A stretch of 64,000 bases of DNA from an uncultured Methanoregulaceae archaeon (lineage in GTDB: Archaea > Halobacteriota > Methanomicrobia > Methanomicrobiales > Methanospirillaceae). Both the position numbers and the translations under genes were made by a program. Location of the stretch: assembly GCA_963717525.1 (NCBI GenBank), contig OY970343.1:32001-96000 (forward strand). Direction: 5' to 3'. A model generated the notes under the pieces. That model was given only the letters and a program-made list of their open reading frames with translations, had not been told where the DNA came from and searched no databases. This document shows, piece after piece, positions 21,782 through 31,029 of this stretch. Position 1 is the first letter of the stretch, and each line of letters starts with the position of its first letter.

Positions 21782-22029
21782 GACAATCTGCACCCGGACA
21801 GCGCGTATTTGGAGCGCTCACTGATGACACAGGTATAGACCTGAAGTACTTCGGTAATGACCACTGTTGTCCGTAGTGCTCCTATGGTCAAAATTGCACG
21901 AGAAAGACTCGGATCTCTACGTCCGGATATGGTCCTGAACCGTTCTATACGAATACTATGCAATACCAGATTTCGGATTTTTTCTTCTAACATTGTCAAA
22001 CCACTTTCAATGGGTAAAAGAGGAATATT

Positions 22030-22578
22030 CTACGGTCCCTCACTGGTCTGGTCTGTTTGACTTGCACGGCGAGGAGTACGCCTTCCTGACAGAGTACATG
22101 ATTTTCCCCCCTTTTCCACCGTGGTATCCCTTTTGATCGGGGTATCCTGGTTTTCTGCCGATGGGTCAGCGACGGAACATCGTGGATCATTACATTTCTT
22201 TAGACGACGGAACCGTTCCTTCGTATCTTTAAGGTCAGACGGTTCCTTTTGGACGACAGGAATTTCGTCACCCCTTAGATTAGGGTTACCAGTGGAGTCA
22301 AGGACTTTAAAGAAATCCTGTCCGTCGATTTGTACCCTGCGTACGTTCACCGTTTCGTACTCCCCGTGTACGTCATCGCTGGAACCATCAGAAGACGGCT
22401 TTACTGTCTCTGGCATTGAGTGAACAGGTTGGGTTGTATTTGGGGATGCTTCCGAATCCGCTCCCTTTTCCGGAGAACCTGACTTCGGGATTATCTGACA
22501 GCTCAACATGGTTGGATCTTTCGGGTCCAACGGTTTACACCGAAGTGAAATTTCCTTGTTGTCTTGGTTTTCATCCAT
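22030..22578 (-). CDS. hypothetical protein
   Basis: 182-aa ORF with a GAGGT RBS upstream. Confidence 0.5.
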   Translation of the reverse strand: MDENQDNKEISLRCKPLDPKDPTMLSCQIIPKSGSPEKGADSEASPNTTQPVHSMPETVKPSSDGSSDDVHGEYETVNVRRVQIDGQDFFKVLDSTGNPNLRGDEIPVVQKEPSDLKDTKERFRRLKKCNDPRCSVADPSAENQDTPIKRDTTVEKGGKSCTLSGRRTPRRASQTDQTSEGP

Positions 22579-22590
22579 GATGCTTACCTC

Positions 22591-22842
22591 TTATGGAGCT
22601 GGGGGGAGTGTGGATTCGGGTGTCGTCATTAGATACTGATCAGAAATTCTCCAGCGTACAGGCCAATGCTTGTCAAGCTTCACGAGGACACCGTCGGCGC
22701 GCAGTTTCGCAAACGCTTTCGGATCGATATGGCATTCCTCAAGAGCCTGCCGGAAATAAAATTCCGAACTACCGAATCGTTGTTTAAGTGCCGCAAGTGT
22801 CTCCCTGGACAAAAATGCGAATCCACGTAGCGCTGTTGACAT
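22591..22842 (-). CDS. small hypothetical protein, possibly wHTH
   Basis: MSTALRGF...AFAKLRADGVLVKL...RWRI resembles a winged-helix end. Confidence 0.4.
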   Translation of the reverse strand: MSTALRGFAFLSRETLAALKQRFGSSEFYFRQALEECHIDPKAFAKLRADGVLVKLDKHWPVRWRISDQYLMTTPESTLPPAP

Positions 22843-23210
22843 ATCTACTTGCCCCCAGCTCGCTTCGATGACTTTCTGCCGGCGGCAGAAGGGGGTGTGG
22901 TTTCGATAAGGTCCCACCGGCCGTCGCGGATGTATTGCTCCGCGATCATGCGGTGTATTTCGGGAAGGTGTGCCATTTGTTCCCGGCTTACTTTCCTTCG
23001 CGGAATGCACTTACCCAATACAATACACCGGAAGACAATCGTTGTGTATAATTTAAAGGCTGTTCTGGTCGCTATTTGACCAATGCGTTCGTTATAGCGG
23101 TTTTATCTAAACAGAACAGTGAAAACCTGTATTGTGTACTAAACAGGTTTAAATAAAATCTGTTGGCTACGTATCATTTGACTGAGCAGATTGGATCTGG
23201 AGATGTTCGT

Positions 23211-24482
23211 ATGACAAAGGATGGAACTAATGCCCCCTCTTGTAACACCAATGCAAAGCAAATTGGGTCTGAAAGGGCACGCGCGCCGACCGAAACGCCC
23301 CAAAAGGATTATTTTGAAGTTTATATTGAGATCATCACCACCCTTCTGAAGAATGAAGTACGTTCCGAAACTGAAATTGCCGACGATTGTGGTTATGCAA
23401 AAGAGGGTAAGGACAAATGTGCACACGTTCATCGCCAAATTAACAAACTCGTTTCGAAGTGGAATTACATTGAGTACAGTGACGGGCCACGACCGGGGTA
23501 TCGGATCCGACGGGATCTTGAAACAATCTGCCATATTTACGATGATAAACACTATGAATCGATCCGCCCGGATTTTCAGGAGTCCCCCTGGTTAACGGAT
23601 CTCATCAATGGGATATACCTGCCGGAGTACCGGGGTGATGGCGAATTTCTTGAAGACCTGAAAAAGATGCTGAAAACATCCCGGTGGATGTTTGAATGGT
23701 ATCTCCGGAATACTACGCATGCTCATCACACCGCAACCCTTGGCGAGATCCTGGGGCCTTCCATCCCCGTGGAAAAGACGCCGGGCATCAACGAGCCCCT
23801 CCTTGAATGGCTGACGAGAAAATGTGTATTCTACGACCAGTTTATTTCCTGCATGTGGTTAGAGTATGACGGAGCGTTGAAGTCAAAGACCCTCCCGGAA
23901 GAGACTCTTCGGATCTTCGATGAGATGAAGCAGAAGTCGGCACAGGGTAAACTCAAGGCAATAAATTACATCCTGTCGTTTGCGATCACGCAGAATCTTG
24001 CACAGTGCGCCGATGTCATAAGGGATAACGATGGTCAGGTCCCCCTGTTCTTCGAAGATCTCGTGAAAAATTTCAATAAAATTGCCGAGCATATGAGCTC
24101 GGACAATATAGATCAGGAGTCTCTTATGATGGCGGCAAAGGAAATGGGCGACCTCTATAATAGAATAAGTAAGTCGTTAGGTGACAGCTCACCCCTTAAT
24201 TCGGTATCAGGAGTGATCAAAGGTATCGGGCCGAAGTCGAAAATTATCATGGAACAATCTGTAAAAGGGAGTGAGAAAAAATTAGGTGCCGGCAACAAGT
24301 TTCTGGCGGGCGAGACCCATAATCATCTTGTATTCCGGCAACTTCTCGATATCCCGTCTCAGCCGCTCCACGCTCAACCGTGCCTCTTCGGTCAACGGCT
24401 CTCCGCAGGTCGAGCAGAACTCGAAGGTCGGCGGATTGACGGTGTTGCAGTTGGCGCACTGCCGGATCTCCATGGCGACTGA
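23211..24482 (+). CDS. hypothetical protein with N-terminal HTH-like region (3' end uncertain)
   Basis: SETEIADDCG...VHRQINKL HTH-like. The last ~200 nt overlap the integrase antisense. Confidence 0.55.
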   Translation: MTKDGTNAPSCNTNAKQIGSERARAPTETPQKDYFEVYIEIITTLLKNEVRSETEIADDCGYAKEGKDKCAHVHRQINKLVSKWNYIEYSDGPRPGYRIRRDLETICHIYDDKHYESIRPDFQESPWLTDLINGIYLPEYRGDGEFLEDLKKMLKTSRWMFEWYLRNTTHAHHTATLGEILGPSIPVEKTPGINEPLLEWLTRKCVFYDQFISCMWLEYDGALKSKTLPEETLRIFDEMKQKSAQGKLKAINYILSFAITQNLAQCADVIRDNDGQVPLFFEDLVKNFNKIAEHMSSDNIDQESLMMAAKEMGDLYNRISKSLGDSSPLNSVSGVIKGIGPKSKIIMEQSVKGSEKKLGAGNKFLAGETHNHLVFRQLLDIPSQPLHAQPCLFGQRLSAGRAELEGRRIDGVAVGALPDLHGD

Positions 24483-25505
24483 TCGCTTCTCCTCCGATCG
24501 CCGGATACCGTGTTTTTCGAGAACCTCGTTATCAGTGTCGTTGTCGACCAGATGGAGGTAGCTTGAGAACATCAGGGTATCGAGGTTGCCCCACATCGTC
24601 TTCTTGACGATCGACTCGCTGTATCCCTGCCGGATCATGGCGGTGACGCGGCTGTGCCGGAACAGGTGCGGCGTGACTTTTTTCCGGATACCCGCCCGGC
24701 GAGCTATCTTCTTGAGTTGCACGGCGATGGCAGCATACTGGACCGGCAGCCGCCGGTTGGATACGAAGACCAAGGCGTCAGGCGTGACCTGGAATGGAAA
24801 ATCGTTCTTCCACTGTATGAGGTACTGGGTTGCCGACACGAGCCGGATGTACCGCGGGGCCCCGGTCTTCTCGTCGACGTTGATGACTGTGCCGTAATCG
24901 TCGAATTTTACCTGCGCCCAAGTCAGCTGGCCTAACTCCTGGACCCTGAAACCTCCTTCATATAACGTCGAAATAATCGCCCTGTCCCGGGACGTCTGGC
25001 ACGCGTCGATCATGGCCCGGACCTCGTCTTCTGTCAGCATCTGGCCGGCGGTCTTGGTCATCCGGTCCGCTTTGGGAGCCCTAATCCCCTCAATCTTGTC
25101 GGCCGGCACGGACGAATATCCGTTCGCCCTAAGCCAGCGGAAGAACCGCTTGAGCAGGGTCAGGTGGTCTTTCAGGGTGTTCTGTTTATAGGGTATCCCC
25201 ATATCGCCGTGCCGCGCCTCCCGCAGAGCCTCGATCCCCCGATAGAGGTCGGCCACGGTGTCTGTTCGGAACGGCCCGATGTACTGCCGCCACGACACCA
25301 GGATATAGGTGAGTTTGTTGGCCCGCGAGACCCCGATGCCACCGGTAACCTTGATCTCCGCAATAAAGTCCCGGATCAACCGGGCATCATCGGCGGTGAG
25401 CTGGCCGGCCTGGAGGGCATTATCGATCGAATGCTCGGCATATACACTCTTCGCGTTATGAAACGGCCGTGCGTGCCGGTTAGGTGCCTGTTGAGTGCGT
25501 ATCAT
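24282..25505 (-). CDS. tyrosine integrase with C-terminal Zn ribbon
   Basis: Catalytic R (EGGFRVQE), K (EKTG), HLFRHSR, W, Y (SSYLHL); CANC...CSTC. Confidence 0.92.
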   Translation of the reverse strand: MIRTQQAPNRHARPFHNAKSVYAEHSIDNALQAGQLTADDARLIRDFIAEIKVTGGIGVSRANKLTYILVSWRQYIGPFRTDTVADLYRGIEALREARHGDMGIPYKQNTLKDHLTLLKRFFRWLRANGYSSVPADKIEGIRAPKADRMTKTAGQMLTEDEVRAMIDACQTSRDRAIISTLYEGGFRVQELGQLTWAQVKFDDYGTVINVDEKTGAPRYIRLVSATQYLIQWKNDFPFQVTPDALVFVSNRRLPVQYAAIAVQLKKIARRAGIRKKVTPHLFRHSRVTAMIRQGYSESIVKKTMWGNLDTLMFSSYLHLVDNDTDNEVLEKHGIRRSEEKRSVAMEIRQCANCNTVNPPTFEFCSTCGEPLTEEARLSVERLRRDIEKLPEYKMIMGLARQKLVAGT

Positions 25506-25601
25506 TGTCCCGGCACTTCGGTTACCGAAGTTAGGGAAAAACTTATCCTGAGAACCTGCCTGAGAAACGAATTTTGCAGGGAATTCAACCTGCGCGATAG
25601 A

Positions 25602-25673
25602 AGCCGCCGGAGGGACTTGAACCCTCGACCTGCTGATTACGAATCAGCCGCTATGCCGCTAAGCCACGGCGGC
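25602..25673 (-). tRNA. tRNA-Thr(CGT)
   Basis: Reverse complement GCCGCCGTGGCTTAGCGGCATAGCGGCTGATTCGTAATCAGCAGGTCGAGGGTTCAAGTCCCTCCGGCGGCT folds as a cloverleaf with anticodon CGT. No intron, no encoded CCA. Confidence 0.95.
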
Positions 25674-25738
25674 GCACTGCCTCACAATATCGACCTGTGC
25701 GCTAATAAAATCTGTGCTTGGCCGGATAATGTCAGAAT

Positions 25739-26035
25739 CTAAGAATACCCGCGGAGTGTCGTTACGCTGTCGGGGGCATGGGGCTCTTTTGCCGGCGAGA
25801 TCGTCCCGAACTTCCCTTCGTAGTCGGCAACGGTCTTCTGGAGCACGGCGAGCAGGTTCTTTGCATGCGCCGGCGTGATGGAGACGATCGCCTTTGCCCG
25901 CGCCTGGTTGACCTGCGGGAGCTGGTGGAGGAAGACAAACGTGAATTCGTCATCCTTGTATGCAATCTGGATCATGTTGCTGTATACGGGATCCAGCGTT
26001 GGGGGGATATTGACGGATATTTCCTGTCCGGTCAT
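25739..26035 (-). CDS. DUF3467 family protein
   Basis: PVYSN...DEFTFVF...ITPAHAKNLL...YEGKFG. Confidence 0.75.
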   Translation of the reverse strand: MTGQEISVNIPPTLDPVYSNMIQIAYKDDEFTFVFLHQLPQVNQARAKAIVSITPAHAKNLLAVLQKTVADYEGKFGTISPAKEPHAPDSVTTLRGYS

Positions 26036-26114
26036 ACTGATCCGTTAGCCGTTTCTGGTATGAATAGTTGGTCACCCGCCTTGTGCACGAACCCGTTGTT
26101 TCCCATAAGTATAT

Positions 26115-26825
26115 GTGGCTGTTTTTCCTCGATTCTTTAGAGGAATTATTCTGGCGGATCAGGAGAGGCATGTCACGATCTCTGACCTGGTGCGGGTGCA
26201 TGCCTGCCCGGTCCGGTTTTACTACGAGAAAAACGAACCGGTCACCGAATCGGACCGGTACGCAATCTGCAAGCAGCTCTCGTACCATCTTGGCCATCCC
26301 CTTGAAGCCGATGCCATCTGGGACGAGGTTCTCGCTGTCCGCCCGAAAACCGACCCGGCACTCAGGGAATTCCTGGACACGTGCATTGCTTCCTGCAACA
26401 AACCCGGGTGGACACCGGCGGCCCAGACCGACGTAACGGTGGTCTCGAAAAAACACGGGATCGCGGGCATGATCGACCGGGTGGCGGAGGACGGGACGTT
26501 CTCTATCGTGAGGGCGGCCGGTGCGATGCCTTTTGGCACCTACGCGGCAGACCGGCTCCGGATCGCGGGCATCGCGTTCTGCCTCGAAGAGATGACCGGA
26601 AAGGAGGTGGAAGGAGGCCACGTGGAGTATATCCCCGATGGCATATCCCGGTACCACGCGGTCCAGCCCCGGGACCGGCGCCAGCTCCTCGCGACGCTCC
26701 ACAGGCTCCGGGCTATTCACCGGGGCGAGGCGCCCTCACACCCGCTCAACGCCCCCTGCAACCGGTGCACGTATAAAGTGCGGTGCGAGGAGAGCGGCGG
26801 ACACCGGCTGAGCGAGCTGCTGTGA
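26115..26825 (+). CDS. solo Cas4-like (PD-(D/E)xK, Fe-S) protein with degenerate nuclease motifs
   Basis: ISDL..HACPVRFY, GMID, C-terminal CNRCTYKVRC. Confidence 0.65.
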   Translation: MAVFPRFFRGIILADQERHVTISDLVRVHACPVRFYYEKNEPVTESDRYAICKQLSYHLGHPLEADAIWDEVLAVRPKTDPALREFLDTCIASCNKPGWTPAAQTDVTVVSKKHGIAGMIDRVAEDGTFSIVRAAGAMPFGTYAADRLRIAGIAFCLEEMTGKEVEGGHVEYIPDGISRYHAVQPRDRRQLLATLHRLRAIHRGEAPSHPLNAPCNRCTYKVRCEESGGHRLSELL

Positions 26826-27023
26826 GAGGGGCACACCTTTGTTGCCCGGACATAAGGGTAGGTAAAAGGGGATCACCCCCATCCCCATTACCGCTCTGGA
26901 GGTTACGCGCCGGCATCAAAATGCATGAACCAATCCCCTTCAAGAAGGGTTTTGAATCCCCGACACAAACGTACTACGCAATCTCTCCGCACGACCGCAC
27001 CGGTCTTCCGGATCCCGGCAGGA

Positions 27024-28023
27024 ATGAACATGACCCTCGCGAAAGGCTGTACTCTCTGTTACCAGGGCGCAAAGATGGTGCTCTTTGTTACGGGACGCTG
27101 CCGCCGCTCCTGCTGGTACTGCCCGCTTTCGAGCGAGCGGAAAGGAAAGGACGTGGTCTTTGCAAACGAGCGCCGGATCGAGGCCCCGGAAGAGGCAGTT
27201 TCTCTCGCTGAACGCATGAGCGCACTCGGGACCGGCATCACCGGTGGCGAACCGCTTCTCTGTATCGACCGGGTGAATGAATACAGTAAAGCCCTCAAGG
27301 ATCATTTCGGGAAAGAGCACCATATCCACCTCTACACGGCGCAGGCCCCGACAAAACCCGAGCTGGAACAGCTCGCCGGCCTTGTAGACGAGATCCGGCT
27401 TCACCCTCCCCGCGAGTGCTGGGATCATATCACTGATACGGACTATATTGCCTCTGCAAAAAATGCCAAGGAGATGGGCTTTGACATTGGCATCGAGGTC
27501 CCGGCCCTTCCCGGCCTTGAACTGCTCATCCCTGCCCTCCCGTACCTGGATTTCCTCAATATCAACGAGCTCGAATGGGGCGAGACCAACGCCGGTGAGA
27601 TGCGGGAGCGCGGCCACGAACTGGCCGACGGGGTACACAACGCTGTCAGCGGGGCCCGCGACTGGGCGGACGAACTTCTTAATCACGGCAAGGTCCACTG
27701 GTGCGCCTCGTCGTTCAAGGACTCGGTGCAGCTCCGGGAGCGCCTGAAGCGCATCGCGGAGAACACCGCCCGGCCCTTCGATGAGGTGACCGATGACGGG
27801 ACCATCGTCTACGGCGTGCTGGATCTCCATCCCGGCACCCGGGATGCTGTCGTCGCCCGGTGCAGGACATTTCTCACCGAGGATGAGTTCTCTGACTGCG
27901 GTGACCGGGTCGAGACCGCATGGTGGCTGCTCGAAGAAGTACAGGGACAGGATCCCCGGGAAAAAATCGGTGGTCGAGCGCTACCCCGATGGCGGCATGG
28001 TTGTCGAGGTGACGCCGCTGTGA
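27024..28023 (+). CDS. radical SAM protein (conserved archaeal family); frameshift at ~27938
   Basis: CRRSCWYC, TGGEPL. The natural C-terminus VVERYPDGGMVVEVTPL* lies in the shifted frame. Confidence 0.8.
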
Positions 28024-28787
28024 ATGTCCGCGGGCTTCTTGAACCGCTCTACGAGCGGTATCTCCTGATGCAGTGCCCGCAGATCCCTGTGCACATCGCC
28101 ATTATCCAGGACGGCAACCGGCGGTTTGCAAAAGAGACGGGCATCAAGACCGCGGACGGGCACCGGGCCGGGGCGGACAAGACCGAGGAGATGCTGGACT
28201 GGGCCCACGACCTGGGCATACGGTACATCACCATTTATTCGTTCTCTACGGAAAATTTCAACCGTACTGAAGAGGAAATCCGGGAGCTCTTCCGGCTTTT
28301 CAAGGAGAAATTCATCCGCACCATCTCCGATGAACGGGTGCACCGGTACCGGATCCGCATCCAGATGGTCGGCGACCGGTCGCTTCTTCCCGAAGATCTG
28401 CGGATAGCCATCGAGGCCGCTGAGGAGGCGACGAAGAATTACGACGGGTTCACCCTGAGTGTTGCGCTCGCATACGGGGGGAGAAACGAGATCGTCCTTG
28501 CCGCCCGGGAGATCGTTACCGCCGTCCGCGAGGGAACGATCGCTCCGGAGTCCATCGACCTCCAGATGGTTGAATCCCATCTCCATGAAGGAAAGGAGAT
28601 CCCGCCGGTCGATCTCATCATCCGGACCGGGAACCAGTACCGCACCTCCAACTTCCTGCCCTGGCTGGCAAACGGACATGAATCCGCGGTCTACTTCTGT
28701 GCCCCGTACTGGCCTCTCTTCCGGAAGATCGACCTGCTCCGTGCCATACGGATTTACGACCAGCGGCTGAGTGCCAGAACTCGTTAA
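28020..28787 (+). CDS. uppS: cis-prenyltransferase (undecaprenyl-diphosphate synthase), catalytic subunit
   Basis: HIAIIQDGNRR, FSTENFNR, AYGGR, DLIIRTG, RTSNFLPW. GTG start overlaps the radical SAM TGA. Confidence 0.9.
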   Translation: MNVRGLLEPLYERYLLMQCPQIPVHIAIIQDGNRRFAKETGIKTADGHRAGADKTEEMLDWAHDLGIRYITIYSFSTENFNRTEEEIRELFRLFKEKFIRTISDERVHRYRIRIQMVGDRSLLPEDLRIAIEAAEEATKNYDGFTLSVALAYGGRNEIVLAAREIVTAVREGTIAPESIDLQMVESHLHEGKEIPPVDLIIRTGNQYRTSNFLPWLANGHESAVYFCAPYWPLFRKIDLLRAIRIYDQRLSARTR

Positions 28788-28870
28788 ACCGGCCCTCACG
28801 CTCAAGCAGTTCTGCGTTCAGTTTCGTGTACGATATTTCCCGGAACATACCAGAGGGAATAGGTGAACGT

Positions 28871-29530
28871 ATGGGTGCGGGTAAGACTGCAGGACCCGGC
28901 TGGCAGCAGGTGCCGGTTCTGCTACGGTCCGATATCGTGACAGCAGCAGAGAAAAAACAACTGGATCTGAGCGAAGAATGCAACCGGGCGCTTGCAAAGC
29001 GACTGGAGATAGACTACCGGCCGCTCCAGAAGAGCCCCTCCCCGGGAACCCCGCGGGTGATCGTCGCGACGGATACCGCACCGGCCAGATGTACGGCCCC
29101 GGCAGCGCCGCCGGTCATCAATGCCGAGGATCCCACGGTGCCGGCGAAAGTTCTCAGGGAGAAAAAAGAGAGGAAATCCCCGGGAGTGGCAAAACCGCAG
29201 GAACCGACCCCATCGCGCCCGGCAATCCCCGTCCCTTCTACGGCAGCAGCAGCTGCGAAACCTTCGTCAAAGACCCGGGCAAAGGGCAGGAAAGGGGATG
29301 CCATACAGCGGTTCGTGAGCACCCGGATCGTCCGGGAGGCCGAAGAGAGTCCTGACGCTATCGTCGCAAAAGACGAACTCTACCAACGGTTTGAACGCTG
29401 GTGCCGGGACCAGGATTACGATACTATCCCGGAACGGCGCGTGTTTTCTGTGGCCCTCAAGAACAAGTACGCCTTTGCCGAGAGGACCGTGGGTGGGACC
29501 GCGAGCTGGGTCAGTATCCGGATAAAATAG
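28871..29530 (+). CDS. two-domain putative DNA-binding protein (CcdA/RHH-like N-terminus, Pro-rich linker, D5-primase-C-like wHTH)
   Basis: AAEKKQLDLSEECNRAL; VAKDELYQRFERWC...ERRVFSVALK. Confidence 0.5.
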   Translation: MGAGKTAGPGWQQVPVLLRSDIVTAAEKKQLDLSEECNRALAKRLEIDYRPLQKSPSPGTPRVIVATDTAPARCTAPAAPPVINAEDPTVPAKVLREKKERKSPGVAKPQEPTPSRPAIPVPSTAAAAAKPSSKTRAKGRKGDAIQRFVSTRIVREAEESPDAIVAKDELYQRFERWCRDQDYDTIPERRVFSVALKNKYAFAERTVGGTASWVSIRIK

Positions 29531-29534
29531 TTTT

Positions 29535-30176
29535 TTACTTCCCGAACCGGCGTATCCGGGACTGGTAGTCACGCAGTACCCTCAGGAAGTCCACGCGCCG
29601 GAAATACTTCCAGTTGATATCGGAGAAGAAGAGTTCCGAGTAGACCGACTGCCAGATCAGGAAATCAGTCAGGTGGTCGCCGCCGGTCTTGACCACGATG
29701 TCCGGGTCGTACCGGAAGGTCAGGCAGGATTCGAGTGTTTTCTCATCGATCTCCGATGGCGGGATACCGTTCTCTGCCAGCCTGCGGATGCAGTCCGTGA
29801 TCTCCTCCCGCCCGCTTTTCCCTATGGCGACTACGACCTCGAGACCGGTACCCGAGATCTCCCTCGTGGTGCCGTGGTGCAGCACGAGCCGGGCAACCGA
29901 TGAGATCTTTTTTATTTCCGGGAGGGCATGGGCGAGCTCGTCCGGGGAGAGCTGAGTGATGTGGAACGTCAGGCCTTGGATGGCGGATGGTGTCTGTGCA
30001 GCTGCCTGCGTGGGCCGGTGTGCAAGGATTGTATTTAACCCGGTGCACCATCCGGTCACCTCGAGACACTTTCCCGGTTCAGCGGCCAGGTCAGCACTGC
30101 TGATCATGAAACAGATATGCCGGGGGAGGTCCTGTATCTGCGAGAGAAGCATCCGCTCGTAGAGCCAGTAGAACAT
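29535..30176 (-). CDS. non-catalytic cis-prenyltransferase subunit (NgBR/Nus1-like)
   Basis: Lacks DGNRR but keeps PDIVVKTG, DFLIWQSVYSEL and the C-terminal RRFGK (RxG). Confidence 0.8.
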   Translation of the reverse strand: MFYWLYERMLLSQIQDLPRHICFMISSADLAAEPGKCLEVTGWCTGLNTILAHRPTQAAAQTPSAIQGLTFHITQLSPDELAHALPEIKKISSVARLVLHHGTTREISGTGLEVVVAIGKSGREEITDCIRRLAENGIPPSEIDEKTLESCLTFRYDPDIVVKTGGDHLTDFLIWQSVYSELFFSDINWKYFRRVDFLRVLRDYQSRIRRFGK

Positions 30177-30321
30177 CTGACCTAATCGTAGGGCAGCCAA
30201 GGTTATGAGGATTTACTCTGCCATTCCGGTTTACCCGGGATGTGCGTTCCGCTCTTCAGCTGCGGGGCCGGCGTCCGGCAAAAGCACTTATAAACCTTCT
30301 TGTGAAATGATCAGACAACAG

Positions 30322-31029
30322 ATGTACTCCTATAAGACTGGTATCCCCCAGATCGATCAGGCGACCGGGGGTTTTGATGCGGGGACGAACCTCCTGATTC
30401 TGGCACCGTCTCTCAGCTATGCAGAAGCACTCGCGTACAGCCTGATACGCCCTCTGCCCGGGGAGTATGCTATCATGTTATCCACAAACGAGCGTGCCTC
30501 GGAGGTGATCGACCAGTTCAAGTCCGCCGGGGCCGACAAGCAATTCGTCGGCGTGATCGACGCGATCACCAAAAGTTCGACGCCGGCAGTCTCCGACACC
30601 GAGCGGTTCATGTTTGTCACGAACCCCACCGACCTGACCGGGATCGGCATCAAATTCTCCCACATGGTCGAGATGATTTTTGACGGGACATTCTCCGGGA
30701 AAGAGACCGGGCTTTTCCCGCCCCCGATCCGGTTCTGCATCAACTCGGTCTCGACCCTTCTTATGTACCGCAAGCTTGAGGTGCTGTACCAGTTCCTCCA
30801 CGTGATGACGGCAAAACTCAAGAAGGTCGAGGGCTTTGGGGTCTACATTCTCAACTGCGAGGCATTTGACGAGAAGACGGTTTCTTTAATCAAGCAGCTT
30901 ATGACGATCGTGATAGAAGTCAAGGTCGAACGATCGGACAACTACTTCCGGGTGATGGGGATCCGTGGGGTAAACGCGGACTGGCACAAGTTCACGATCA
31001 GCAAGGGACAGGTGGTACTGGCATTATGA
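30322..31029 (+). CDS. inactive KaiC/RAD55-like protein
   Basis: KTGIPQIDQATGG, PTDLTGIGI, NSVSTLLMY; Walker A lost. Confidence 0.7.
   Translation: MYSYKTGIPQIDQATGGFDAGTNLLILAPSLSYAEALAYSLIRPLPGEYAIMLSTNERASEVIDQFKSAGADKQFVGVIDAITKSSTPAVSDTERFMFVTNPTDLTGIGIKFSHMVEMIFDGTFSGKETGLFPPPIRFCINSVSTLLMYRKLEVLYQFLHVMTAKLKKVEGFGVYILNCEAFDEKTVSLIKQLMTIVIEVKVERSDNYFRVMGIRGVNADWHKFTISKGQVVLAL

Larger units (their letters stand above)
21278..25601. mobile_element. tRNA-Thr-integrated element (minimum extent; left boundary not found)
   Basis: Integrase directly 3' of the tRNA, AT-richer DNA, small RHH/HTH-like ORFs, tandem repeats. Confidence 0.6.

Noticed and set aside
24270..24482. 200-nt antisense coding overlap between the 23211 ORF and the integrase
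   Set aside because: The tail looks like shadow translation of the integrase. A lost stop near 24272 (GGGAGTGA) by indel or truncation is more likely.
26925..28787. Apparent 620-aa radical SAM-UppS fusion in the ORF track
   Set aside because: A +1 indel at ~27938 (next to GTAC) bypasses the natural radical SAM ending (…VEVTPL*, 28023), and uppS has its own overlapping GTG at 28020. This is an artefact.
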